Source: Octopus vulgaris (taxonomy: Eukaryota). From it: a stretch of 64,000 nucleotides of DNA. The notes beneath the pieces are model-generated. The model saw only the letters and a list, made by a program, of their open reading frames with translations. It was not told the DNA's origin and did no database searches. The position numbers and the translations under genes are program-made. Of this stretch, positions 24,201-37,733 are shown in pieces. Position 1 is the stretch's first letter. Each line of letters opens with the position of its first letter. The stretch is taken from the NCBI GenBank assembly GCA_951406725.2, contig OX597830.1:30938001-31002000 (forward strand). The letters run 5' to 3'.

Positions 24201-27200
24201 GGTTGAGGGAGATGGTTGACCATGGGCGATGGAAGAGCCATTGCTGCTGGGAAAGTGATTGGAACTGACGTCACTGAAGATGTGTATTCTGGTTCACTGC
24301 AAGAATGGTCCATCTGGGAAGGCAAATCACACTCGTCCAGTTGGTCGTCATAACGATTCTTCATGTCTTCCTTGAAATCTGCGTCAAGATCATGTTCCGA
24401 AGGTGATGGTATCCGACCAGTTTTCTCATACTCTTCTAAGTTTATTGTGGTCTGTGGCGGGTTGCTGAAGTTGTATGGTGAATCCTTATTCCGTTGTCGC
24501 TCTTTAAAAAGGGTATTTCTGAACCAGTGCTTAATAACTTTTTGGGGCAGGCCAGACTGTTCGGACATTTGAACAATCTGTTCTTCGCTGGGGGAGTTGT
24601 TGATATCAAAGTTGGCACGCAGTATCTTCAACTGCTCATCGTTGATGCGTGTCCGTGCTCGCTTCTGGTTTTGCGCATGCTGCGCTTGCTGTTGTGCTGC
24701 CAGAAAATTAGGGTCAATCATGGTGATTGGAGGCATAAAGCTGCTCTCTAACGAAGGTGGCATCATCAGTGGCATCAGTGGAGGGTGCATTCCCATAGCC
24801 AGGTTCATGTTCATCGGCATTGGCATGTGCATCATGTTGAACATCGGTACCATTTGTGAAAAGTCAAGCGGATTCTGGCCCATAGCCATGTCCTGACCAT
24901 GAGGCAGAACCCTCTCGTTCACCACCTGGGATGAAGAAGACGACGACGATGACGATGAAGATGAGGATGGTTGCGATGCAGGGACGGCTGCAACAGGTGC
25001 TGGCTGTGTCGTTGGTGCACTGTGCGACACAGGTGTAATGTGTAAGGGTGGGGGTGGAGGTGCTGGCGTCATTAGGGGCTCTGGTTCTTTGGGCTGTCTT
25101 TTTTCATAGCTACTCTTGAACTTGGAACCAAACTCTTCAATGAACTCAATTGGAACGGTCAGCTTATGGATTTCCTCTTGGTGAGCTTTCAACACCCACA
25201 CACTCGAGAACTCCTTGTTGCACCGTGTGCATACACTCTTGTTGATCTCTGGAAGATCAGTCTTCAGTGTCTCTGGAACTTGCTTCTCTGGAAGCTGCTT
25301 GATGCTTTCCTTTGGCGAGTGCAGTGAGGATGGCTGCTGCTTTTGCTGCTGCTGCTTGTCCTCAGCCTTTTTGTCACTGGTGTCACTGCTAGAGCAACAC
25401 TCTTTCTTCACATTCGATGGCTGGTTGAACTCATTAAACTGCATCACACACTCAAAGCCTATGTTTTCCAACAGGTTTCGATGCACGTGCTGCTTGAAAC
25501 GTGTAATATAATTGCGTGATTTGAATAGATTCTGCGCAGACTGAGAAAGTGGACTGACTGTTCCAGACTGCAGGCAGCCATAACTCTGCTGGTGTTGTAT
25601 CAGTGTCTCTTGATTGCTGAACACAGAATTGCAGTTTTGGCAAGCGTGGATGCCTATGTTCATCATTGGAGACATGGCATGGAGATCAGAGCCACTGCCA
25701 CCTTCGGCAAGTTTCAAAGACATCTCATCATGTGAGCCGTTCATGCCGAAATCTGGGGTGCTAAAAAGAGGTACAGGGTGTCCACTAGAAGACAGAGCTG
25801 ATGTAGTGAATGCATCACACGTGGAAGAGGCAATGGAAAATTCAGGTTGAGGAGTCGATGAAGAGATTGAAGACAGAGATGAAATGGGCAGCATATTTGG
25901 AATTCCTGTCAATGAGCTGGGCATGCTAGAGAACAAGAGAGGTGGTGCTTGGGATAGAGAGCTGTTGGCAGTCACCAATGACTGCTGTTTCTGTAAAATG
26001 TCTGGCAGCGATGGCTGCTTTGAATGAGATGAATGAGTTGAAAATTGAAGCGGAAGCTGCGAATGGCCAGAATGAAGGTTCTGTTGATCGGGCTGGGATA
26101 ATAAAGACAGATGCGGTTGTGGATGTTGCTGTGGTAACGGTTGCGGCTGCTGTAGATGATGGTGTTGCTGCTGAGAGTGATTCTGAGATTTTGGCACTTC
26201 TGGCTGCTCAATAAGAGGGAGTGACAGGTCGATCTGCCCGGACATCGCGAATTCAGGTAGCTTTGAGGCCCTTGCTTGGTGCAAAACAGAACGGATATGT
26301 ATGTCTAAAGTTGAACCTTGGTTGTATGCAACTTTGCACAGGTTGCACCGATATGGTTTCTTCTCCAAGTCAGCTGCACTCATAGATGGACAGGTTGATG
26401 GACAGGTTGAAGTGGGCACAGCAATTGTGGCTAAAAGGGAAGGAGATGGGGAGGAAGAGCAAGAGGTAGGCGTAGGAGTCGAGGAAGGGGTGGAGGAGGT
26501 CAGTGTACAGGAAGTTGGCATAATTGGCGCCGATAAACCACCAAGCTGCTGAGTCTGCTTCAGCTTGTGCAGATGAGAGACAGAATTATAATGTACAAGT
26601 AGAATGTTCTTTTGAGTGAAGGACTCTTTGCATACATCACATTTATAAGGACGATTAGGATCCAAATACTTTTCCATTGGGTAACTCAACTTGTCCCCTT
26701 TCCGGTGTTGTAAAGTTTTGTTGTGGGCGGTCAAGTAACTCTGCTTTGTGAAGGCCACCTTACACCTATGGCATTTGAACTTACGCAGTGGATCTTCATA
26801 ACTGCCTTCAGCAATGGCCTGGCTGTTGATGTAGTCCTCCATGAACTGTTGCTCTTTATACGAACTAGAAACGCTATCCAAACTACCCTCATCGCCTTCA
26901 CCTGGAATGGATTCATCCAGCATTAAGTTATCAGTCAGCTCAGCTTTACTTTCACCGTTCATGATGCCGCTGTTGAGATCAGCGCTACTTTCGAAAGCAG
27001 CGAGGGATCTGTCAGTCTCACTCTTATCCAATGGTTCCGTCTTTATCAATGTGCTGCTCAGCAGAGACCCCATGGGATCTAGAGTTGAAATAGAAGGTTT
27101 AGAGTCTATAGACGATGGGCTTTTGCAGCTCATCGGCAGGGTCATGGAATTTGCATGGAGACTTGGCATGTCACTGGGTGCCATCAAACCAGGTCCAGGG

Positions 27201-27741
27201 GAAACATCCAGTTTTGAGCAGATACCCCAGCCTCCAGCCTGGCTATTGAGCAGATCAGCATCATTAACAGGCACCCCGGGTATTGATGTAGAGTTCTCGG
27301 TTCCATCAGAATGTGCCAGCTCAATGTGTTTTTTCAGGGCCAATGTTGAGCGGAAACTCCGACCACAGATGCTGCATCGAGTCGATTCTCGAATCAAATG
27401 GTAGTGGGAGTGTTGCTGTAGTTTATCTATAGTTTTAAAAGCGAGGCTACACTGGTTACACCTATATTTGTAGACGTGTCGTTCAGATATCGAGATTTTC
27501 TGCCGTTTGGCATGGATTTCACGGAAATGAACTTGCAATGAGTGGCCAGTTTTGAAATACTGATTACAACCTTTTTTCCAGCACAGGTAGCCGGGACCAC
27601 GTGGCGTTTGCTTCAGCTCCAGGTGCCCAAGATCATTTTGATGAGTGTAAAGCGAATCTATATTTGTGAATGTCTGTGTACAAGTCTGGCATCTAAATTG
27701 GTCATCCAGTTCCTTTTCACTCAAGCTTGCAGTATCAATTG
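21220..27741 (-). CDS. ZFHX4: ZFHX3/4 (zfh2)-like gene, giant exon (6522 nt): 4 homeodomains and about 13 zinc fingers
   Basis: Within the 2180-aa ORF 21182-27724. Acceptor tactttcag|CA ATT GAT at 27741; donor AGT G|gtaagt at 21220; phase 1/1. Homeodomains: KRARTRINDEQ..WFRNTLFKERQR (~24490-24667), KRANRTRFTDYQ..WFQNARQK (~23660-23839), KRLRTTILPEQ..WFQNTRARERK (~22522-22699), KRYRTQMSSMQ..WFQNARAKEKK (~21559-21736). Also the ZFHX-typical finger YKCDVCKESFTQKNILLVHYNSVSH. Confidence 0.97.
24003..24075 (-). repeat. Coding 12-bp tandem repeat, (SISN)x6
   Basis: + strand gctgatgctgtt/gctgatgctatt units; protein SISNSISNSISNSISNSISNSISN between homeodomains 1 and 2. Confidence 0.95.
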
Positions 27742-29461
27742 CTGAAAGTAAAAAGAGAAAATAATTGAAAACTCAATACATATTTATAAATGCACATGCA
27801 TTTTTAATCATATATATATACATCATCATCATCATATGTGTATATGTTGTTAATTGTTGTGACCAGTGTTCTATCATAAGAAGGAAAAAATACCAGTGAA
27901 CTAAATCAACAAACAAATTATAAATGGAAGTGGTGGCTATTTGACCCACAAGTCAAGAACGTTACAAGGATCACTGCCTCATTTCCAAATAAGGTTAGTA
28001 GTTTCCTTTACTAATAGATACATATATGGATAGACAGACATATCTGACCATCAAACAATAAATCAAACTGGATCAATTTACTGTATAATATTTGCAGGGT
28101 ATCAATTAAAAGATATATAATTCACAAGCAAGTCTAAATTCATGACGCCCTCCTTTATTGGGGCAACAGAGGATGCGGACTTCCAGGAATTGCCTTTCTT
28201 TACAACCAATTCCTTGTTATAGATAAAGTTTAGAAAAGCAAGATGCTTATTTTGAGACTCTCAAAATTCACTTAAGTTTTCACATTATGATGCAACTAGC
28301 ACATCTCTCTCTTCTCTCTTTTATTTTTTTCTTATCTTACTCAGCTGTCTGGATTTTCTTTGCCTTTTATAGGAATCCCAAGTTTGATAATAGGCCTGTA
28401 ACATGCCCTTTGGTTTAAAGTTACCACCAACAGAATTCCTTTTTCTTGTAAGCATTCAGAGATGGGAACTCACAACCCATGTTTTTGCTGCAAACATTGA
28501 TCTGCCTAAGTTCAAGCTGGACTTCCACAGCAACGATCCCATCATTCTAAAAGGACCCCTGCAAAGTAGGGGCACCCTTCACCCCTCCTGACTACTAATA
28601 AAAGTTTATAAATATAAATTCTGTATGGAAGCCAGACCTTTAACACTGCATATACATACAAAGACACATACAGCTCTAAAAAGAAATGGGACACCAGCAA
28701 GACAACAAGTGTAAGGATATCTCTCTCCCCTCCCTCCCTTCTTTGTCTTGACCTTCCACACTTCCAGCTTCCACTTCTAAGACCACTCAACTCAACATCC
28801 ACTCTCACCCTGTCATTCATTCTCACTCTCAACTTATCTCTCTTCCTAAGAATCCCTTTACATTTCTCTCTCTCTCTTTCTCTCCCTTCCCCCCTCTCTC
28901 TCTCTCTTGTTCTCTTCATTAGGTTGATTTACCTCAATCATACTCTCTTTCTCTTAACTCTGCCTTTCCAACTATTCACCCCAACACACCTCTCTGGTTC
29001 TTGCTTATCTACCTCTTTCTCTTGTTTCTGTCTCTCTCTCATACACATACTTATCTGCCACCCCTCCACTCACACACACACACACACACTCTCTCTCTCT
29101 CTCCACCTCCACTCACACCTCAACTCATCTCACTCCACCCTGACTGTCTCTAAAGTAGCCACATTGCACTCAGTCATCAAGTTATCTAAACTGGCTGACA
29201 TATTTGGGTTGAGTGTCAGCATTAATAAATTGTTTCCATTGTGTTAATAAACAACAACAACAACAACAACAACCACACCAACAGAGTAAAGACAGGGATG
29301 GGTGCCGGGGTAAGGAGGGGGTGATTAGAAAGAAGACAACCAAGAAACAAATAGAAAGACAGAGACAATTAGAGAGAAGGGAGAGTGGGGGGGGGAGAAG
29401 TGGATCAGAGAAAGAGAGAGAGAGACTACACAACCATTAACAGCAAAACAGATAGAGAGAG

Positions 29462-29518
<57 letters not shown>

Positions 29519-29535
29519 AATAAATAAATAAATAA

Positions 29536-29595
<60 letters not shown>

Positions 29596-29760
29596 GATTA
29601 ATCAGCCGAAATTACTACGATGATCCGGTTCTTGACTGAAGACTGAGGGTTTCGAATGTCCTGTCCGTGTTTATTGTATCGTCTTCTAAGAGTTATACGT
29701 TCTTGTCCATGTTGTATTTTTCTACATACCTTAATATATATATATATATATGGATAGATG

Positions 29761-29803
<43 letters not shown>

Positions 29804-31059
29804 CTAGGGAGCAGGAAATACATGGCACATAAACAATTGGAAAGAAAGCCAGGTTAATCAAATGGAAGACAAGGTGATGGATAATAAATAGACAGCAAGA
29901 GTGAAAAGATGGAAGATTAAAAAGAAAAAAAATGCACTTATATACATACATACAGTGTGTATGTGTGTGTATAAACTAGGTTATTTTTTTTATTAACAAG
30001 GGATATAGATGTGTGTATAGACATTTGATACATCTACAAATCTATATATGTGGATGTGTGAATGTAATATCAAATGAGAATGACAAAAAAAAAAAAAGAG
30101 AATGAAAAAGGAAAAAAAAAAAAAAACTAAGATAAAGAGGAAAGAAAGAAGCCTGTTTCTTTAGTCTTTTAATTAATATGCAAATAGCTTCCTTTATGTA
30201 CTATGAATCAGGGTTTTAGGCCAATGGTAGACAAAAAAAAAGAAAGAAAGAAAAACAAAATAAAATCACCAACACCACAACCACCCACTCACCTCATATC
30301 ACCATCATCACCACAGTCAACATTATCAACCTTATTTTTCTCTCTACCATCACAATATCTGACCTCATACCAACACCAATATAGCTAATTTCATATTCTC
30401 TACCAATACCACTACTGACCTTATATTCCATACCACCCTACCACCACCACCACTACAACAATCAATCACTATTTACTTAATAAACTGTCTACCAACAACA
30501 TCCCAACATACAATCATCATCATCACCATGACCATCACCATTGAACCACGAAACCACAGTCCTGAGGATTATGGTTTCATCAGACAACAGGGACCAAGAG
30601 AGTGTGAGAAAGAGAAATAAAGAGTGGTGGGGAGAGTAAGGGGTGGGTGGAAATAAAGCATGAAAAGAAAGAAAGAAAGAAAGAAAGCAAACATATCTAA
30701 TTAAACTTCCTTCAAATCTCCTTAGGAATGAAATTACAAAATTCAAGAAGCACACACACACACACATTTTTCTTTCCTATACAAGGTATATAAAATTGCA
30801 CACAAGTAGTTTAATCTTTGACCCATTTGAAAGAAGAGAAGCAAGACGTGTATGTTGTCTCTACCAAAACAATAACAACAACTACAGCAACAACACTCGC
30901 ACCAACTGCAGTGTGTAATTATTTGATGAATGAATTACAAGGAGAGTTTAAATGGAATAGCAAAACAGTAGAGAGGTAAGGTTGCGATGAACAAGCTAAG
31001 CATTTATCAAGGAAATCCACATCTATGGGGTTATATACATGACCATACACACAATGATT

Positions 31060-31405
31060 CTTTCTTTTTCTGTTATCTGTTTCAGTCATTTCACTGTGGT
31101 CATGCTGGAGCACCGCCTTTAGTTGAAGGAATCGACCCCAAGACTTATACTTTGTAAGCCTAGTACTTATTCTATCAGTTTCTTTTGCCGAACCATTAAG
31201 TTATGGGGACGTAAACACACCAGCATCGGTTGTCAGGTGATGGTGAGGGGACAAACACAGACACATAAACATATATACGATGGGCTTCATTCAGTTACCA
31301 TCTACCAAATCCACTTGCTTTGGTTGGCATGAAGCTATAGTAGAAGACATTTGCCCAAAGTACCATGCAGTGGGACTGGACCCAGAACCATGCGGTTGGT
31401 AAGCT
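31060..31405 (-). mobile_element. SINE family B in an intron
   Basis: Colinear with 1955-2300 (tttcagtcattt, gtaagcctagtactta, ggggacgtaaaca, agtagaagaca.ttgccca). Confidence 0.85.
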
Positions 31406-34400
31406 ATATATATATATAGCATTTCCTCTTATTTTAAGACTTATCAATTAGGAATATTTCACACTATATACATATAGGTATAGTACAAATATAAACAAAC
31501 AACTTGTGCGCAAGATGGACTGTCTTGTTGAAACACAGGTACCCTTGATGTACCTCCCCAAGCATGATACATTTTCTGTCAATCCAACTGTAATTTATAA
31601 GACTTGACTTTGGTAAGACCACTGTCCAAGATGCTACACAGTGGGATCATCTCGGAGAACTCCTCATTAAGAATTGAGAAACGAACTATAATACCTGCAT
31701 TCATCATATAACACACACTAACCCCTCTCCACTCTCTCAATACATACACACATACACACACACACACACACATATGTGATTGTTCATCATTTAATGTCCA
31801 TGTTACATACACACACACAAACACACAGAGGTTAGTATATACACAGATATATAAGCATGTGCATATGTATGTATGTGTATTTGTATAGGAAGGTAGATAG
31901 ATAGGTGAGATATCTGCCATTTAATGATGTGGCACACCCTGGCCAGTTGGAATTCATTTAAATGAATAGAAAAGACAAGCAAACATTAAATAAAAAAACA
32001 AACAAACACACATACACACAAATTCAAACGCACTCCCACATAGTGAAAATGACATGCATTATATAAGATTAAGTAGGTTGATTTCATAACAACTTCTATA
32101 TGAAAGGTTATATATATATATACATATATATATACGTGTGTAAATATTATACATACACATAAACTGTATTTTTCATCTGATTTACTTTTAATTTCCTTTT
32201 CTCATTTTAGTACAAGTATCAAAATCTAAGATGAGTGGAGGGATGGAGTGGTGACCTAAATATGACCACTAGTGGTTAATGAGTACCATCAAAGTCCTTA
32301 GACTGAATCCAGCCAGGGCTAGAATTGGAGGTCAGTTTTACTTTCCCTGCTCTATAGCAGTCCCAGCAATCATACCAGGTGTATTCTGTGGCTTATTCAT
32401 GCAACTGCAACTCCTCCCAACCCACTACAAATTTGTAGCTTCCTTGCAATTTAAATGAATAATGATTATCACAACTGAAATTATTGTATTGACATCATAA
32501 TCATGGCTTCTATCATCATCAATGACTGATTTCAAAGAAAAATAAAAAATCAATCCTTTGTTGTCAAGATTATCAAATCAACTACAATTGTCTATTAAGA
32601 ACCTAGGCTATGGCTATTTACTGACAAGTCTCACTTGTCTTAGTAAGAACTGTGAGGTTGCTGCTGCTGAAGTTGTTCAAACCCAAGGATACCAGAATCA
32701 AGCAGACCTACGGCCAAAGATGTTCCAACTATGAACATACCAATTTCGGTTTTTCTTTTTTCTTTTTTTTTTGTAGGGACAGAAATACATCAGCTGATAT
32801 GTCACTTAATTTCTTTGAACAGATACACAAGCACTTGCAGATATAGTAAAAGTAAGATATATAATCCACCAATCCCTCCCCCCACCCACTGTGTTCAGAT
32901 CTACTTCAGTTAAAGAGTTAAGTGACTACACTTGCACAATTTGTATCATTCCTCTTTTGCTTGTGTTACTGACTTGATGTTGTAAATTCTGACCACCTGG
33001 GTAGATCAATGGTTACAGATGCAAACCCTGTTCCCCATATGAAGATCAGTGAGGAGTTTTGTACCAGATTATCTTGTGATTGGGATTGCAAACTTCCCTG
33101 ATGTCTCAATATTGATGTCAGCAGTAACACGAGGTGGATAAGAGGACAGATTAACTCCAATGATGTTTGAGCCATACATTTGACACTCCATTCATAGTCT
33201 ATCAGCAGCACCTTTGCCTTTCGCTCCAAGCTCTGACTGTACGTTGTTCACTCAGCAGTGAATAGGTATCATGGGGAAGTATAGCCTTTGTTAGCTTGCA
33301 CCTACTGCAGAAGACACGATCACTAACAAAGCAAGAAAGACAACACTTCATGCTTGCTTCAGAGTTGGGGAAAGAATCAGCCAATCAATCATTTATCAAT
33401 TTAGTTAGGGCTGAGCTAAGAGCACAATGATGACAATGATGATGATGATGATGATGATGGTGGTAGGTAATAATTGCAGAGGCAAGGTTGACGATACAAT
33501 CTAAATTAGTAAGGTATGAATACAGTGACTGGTATGCATTAAAAATCCACAAGCTGGCCTCTTTCTGTTCTAGCAACAACAACAACAACAACAACACTGT
33601 GCCAAGCCAGCTGTGGCCCTGTGATGATTTGCTCTGTGAAACCAGTGAAATTTATTGCTAGGTTAATAATAGTGACAACAACAATGGTAATAATAACACT
33701 AATGATAACGATAAGGATAATACTAAGAGCAATAATAATAATAATAATAATAATCATAATAATAATACTAATAATATAGATGAAATAAATTGAAAATAAA
33801 GTTGAATGTAAAAGAAAAAAGAAAATTCAAGGTAGAAGAGCCATCAGTAGCAGATGGCTTGCTTGGGGCAAGTGGTCGACATGTTTTGCCGACTTCACAT
33901 AGATTATCAAAGTAATTTATTGATTCTCTCTTTTTATAGAGAAGAGGGAGTGAGAGAGAGAGAGAGTAATAAAGAGGGGAAGAGTTCATGTGAGTTTGTG
34001 TGCATGAGAGAGGGAGAGGGGGGAGTAAAAAAAGAAAGAAGAAAACCTAAAAGCTATAGAGAGAAAGAAAAAGATAGAAGATAATCTAGAGAGGTGAAGG
34101 TAAGACAAACACGAGGTGAAAGAGAGAGTCCAAGAAAGAAAAGAACTATAGATATGTATGTGTGTGTGTGTGTGTGTGTGTATGTGTGTGTGTGTGACAG
34201 ACATCTATACACAAACTATGACTTTGAGAAATTGAGAGTGAGGTTGAAAAAAAAGAGGAATCTGGAGAAAGGCGGAAAGATAGTCTGTCAGTATACGTGT
34301 GTGTGTGTGTGTGTGTGTATGGAGTCTCTATGACAGAGGAGATGATGATGATGATGGTGGTGGTGGTGGTGTAAGTGGCCATTAGTGCAATGTCATAGCT

Positions 34401-35197
34401 GACAGCAAATTATGGACAACAGATGGCATGTAGCATATACCGTGTGTGTGTGTGTGTGTGTGTACATACACACACATCTTTGTATGCAAAAACACACATA
34501 CCTATATGAAGTGTAATAATGCATGTATCAATGTGTGTTTGCTGCCAAATACACATATACACAACTGAGTGCATGTGTATATATATATATGTGTGTGGGT
34601 GAGGAGGAAAAGCATGCAGCCAAGCGCATGCACAATAATAAATTCTTAGAAAACCAGAGACAATGAAAGAAAATTTAGTATTTAATTTTAAAACTATTGC
34701 TATTTCTTATCGTGTGTGTGTGTTTGTGTGCATGTGTTTATACTCTTGGAAGGAAGGAGAGGTTGGTTGAAAGGCAAGAATATTAGAACTTTAAGTTCAG
34801 TCTGTTTGAGAAAAGTGAAATTGCAGTCATGAATTCAATGGAATGAAAGAATATATGTGAGTGTATAAGACAGTAAAGAGAAGGAAAGCAATGAGAGAAA
34901 ACGAGAGACTCCAGAAGAGTGTGGCCCAAATGTTGCTTTATGGTACCTCGGTACCTTAAACACAACAGAGAGTCCATCTGTAAGTGAACAATTAGCCATT
35001 GAATAGTTCTCACCTTGACTGTTGACACTATGCCATATTTAACATTAAATCATTAGAAGATAATATTCTCCTATGAATTTACACAGTGGGGGGCATGCTC
35101 ACCACAAATATACATGTAAGCACATACAAATACAGTCACACAAGCATTTCAAATGATTTTTCAGGAAACACATACTTAAGAATGTCCATAATGTGTG

Positions 35198-35264
<67 letters not shown>

Positions 35265-35524
35265 ATAAATTAGAGACCAAAGAACTCAATATGAAAGCAG
35301 GGTACAATATTGAGGCAAGCTGAATGGCCCGTTACTCTGGAGCACAAACTTTCTTTACCCAGTCTGACTTGTCTCAAGAAGTGTCTACATATCTTGGAAA
35401 CTGTAGAGCAACAAACCACCAGAACAGTCTTAATGTTTGTGTGTGTATATAAAAGCAAACACCCACACATCATCATCATCATTTAATGTCTGTTGTCCAT
35501 GCTGGCATAGGTTAAAGCACACAA

Positions 35525-35665
35525 GCTCAGGCATGGTTGTGTAGGTAAAAATTTGCTTTACAACTAAATGGTTTGAAATCCAATCTCAATGTGCAACACT
35601 TTGAGTAAGAATCTTCTTCTAATCATAGTCGACAGTCAACTAAAGTGTTGTGAGTTGAAATACGT
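35525..35665 (+). mobile_element. SINE family B head, degenerate
   Basis: caggcatggttgtgtaggtaaaaatttgctt..caacactttgagtaag resembles 3358-3480. Confidence 0.5.
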
Positions 35666-36296
35666 TAACAATAAGAGAGTAGAAGCCACCAAGAAGCATC
35701 CTTTCCTGATCTTGGGTGGCAGGTTTAATCTGCAACTCAGTGATGGATTATCTTAACTGAAATCTCATTCCTTTGCAAGCATTTTGGTAAGGGTTCTGAT
35801 TTGAAGATAAATTGTTCTTCATTTCATTCTTTCAGTTCTGGGGGGTTCTGTAAAAGGTCATGAGCATTGCTCTTCCTGTTCTAGGCTACTTAAATCACAC
35901 ACACATATGCATGTATTATTAACTCATACAAACGAGCTAACTATTGTTAAAGACTGTCATCCACCTCATTTTTGTCTTACAGATGTTTAAACTGGGAAGA
36001 CGAGGGAGTTCACGAAGGCCACCCTTTTCTCCTCTGAATACCTAGTAAATCAAAAATCAAAATCAAAAAGCATAACACAAATAGTTTCAAGCAGACATAC
36101 AAACACACATATATAAAAACGTATTTTCATCCACCCAGACATCCACCTAAAGAATGTTCTTGAACAAGATTCAAGCAAGATGAACATATGTGTTTACCAT
36201 ATAAAGAGGGAGAATTCATCACAGATACACACACACAAACAAGCAATCGACAAAAAAGTAAGTGCTCTCCAGCAGAAAATAATAGTTCCTTCTTAC

Positions 36297-37169
36297 CATC
36301 TTCACCCAAATAAGCATCTTCTAATTCCAGTGGATCCAAGTTACCATCTTTGGCATCTTCAAATGGCAACATGGCTGAAGGGAAAGACAAGCCTTTGTTA
36401 ATTGTAGGCAACAGGCCACTGCCTGCTATCGTTGTCACTGTTGTGTTGGTAGTTGTTGCAATGGAAATGTTGTTGTTGTTGTTATTACTACAGTTGTTAT
36501 TGTTGTTGTTGGCAGTGGTGTTGCTATTGTTACTGTTGGTTGTTGTAGTGTTTGTACTGCTGCAGTTATTGCTGTTGATGCTGCTGCCGTTGTTAGTGTT
36601 CAAAGATGAATTGCTGCTGTTGATGCTGCCGCTATTGCAGTTGCTGTTACTATTGCTGCTAGTAGTAGATGTGGTGGACGTGGTGATGGTGGTGGTAGTG
36701 GTGGTTGTCGTAGAGGTGTTGGTGCTGGAGGCAGCAATGGTAGAGCCACCGCTGCTGCCACTGCTGCTGTTGTTGTTGTTGCTCACACTGCCACTGTTGT
36801 TAGCGTTAGTATTACTACTACTACTACTGTTATTATTACTGTTGCTGTTGTTACTTGTATTGCAGTTACCTCCAGCATTCGCTAACCACTCTTGATCCAC
36901 CATAGCCAGCAGGCGGTGCATGCCCTCGGGCGACACATTGTGCACCTGGATGAGGTGATTTTCCAGTGGTCTTTTCTCGCGAAAGTCATCCTGGCAAAGT
37001 GGGCAGCAGATGTTGGTATTTGGCAACGCCGGGGTCGATGACGGTGTTGTGGTCGGGGACTTAGGTGTGGTATGCTGTGCTAGAACATGAGCCTGGATTC
37101 TCATTTCACTTATACTGGTATAATTGCAATAGGGACACATAAGGACTTGGTCTTGGTTCGCACCATTAC
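36297..37169 (-). CDS. ZFHX4: ZFHX3/4 (zfh2)-like gene, internal coding exon (873 nt): two C2H2 fingers and an N/S/T low-complexity tract
   Basis: Acceptor tatttcag|GT AAT GGT at 37169; donor GAT G|gtaaga at 36297; phase 1/1, matching the next exon. Encodes CPYCNYTSISEMRIQAHVLAQH and CPLCQDDFREKRPLENHLIQVH. The symbol denotes the family (co-ortholog of ZFHX3/ZFHX4). Confidence 0.88.
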
Positions 37170-37484
37170 CTGAAATAATAAAAGTTGATATTAGTAATTT
37201 TCATAAAAAAAAAATATATATATATTTATATTATTTATATGTGCACACATATATAACATTTATATAAAAATACACAAATATATATATTTCCAGTTCTATA
37301 ACCAGTTTACAATCACTGAACTGTGACCGTCGTTTAGTACACCAGTCTCTAAGTTTGTTGACAGAGCCTAAAACCATGGATGCACTAATAGTAATAATTT
37401 GGAGGAATATATTAGAAATCTAAATTAATAATGATGGACTCTCCTATCAAAGATGATGTATCAGTGTTCAGCTTTTTTTGTCAA

Positions 37485-37733
37485 ACTACCTGCACAAATG
37501 ATTTGCTTATAGTGATCGGATGTATGTGATGTGCATTAGCTCACTTTCTCCATCAGATTGGTGTTGTCTGGACAGGTGCACAGTGTGCCACGCGTCAGGT
37601 GTTGAAGTGATTGCAGAGCAACGGGGAATGAAGTGTTTTGCTCAAGAACACAAGGTGCCACCCGGTCCAGGGATTGAAACCGCGATCTTGAAATTGTGAG
37701 TGCAAGACCATAACAACTAGGCCATTTGTCCTT
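37485..37733 (-). mobile_element. SINE with a family C-like head in an intron
   Basis: aagtgttttgctcaagaacacaa..ccggtccagggattgaaaccgcgatctt..aactaggcc is a reverse-complement match to 4390-4500. Confidence 0.7.

Noticed and set aside
21358-27745. Many overlapping or antisense ORFs (up to 205 aa) within the giant exon
   Set aside because: Shadows of the ZFHX frame and its low-complexity codons; no independent domain.
36350-36895. 181-aa Leu/Val-rich + strand ORF that looks like a membrane protein
   Set aside because: Antisense reading of the N/S/T repeat tract.
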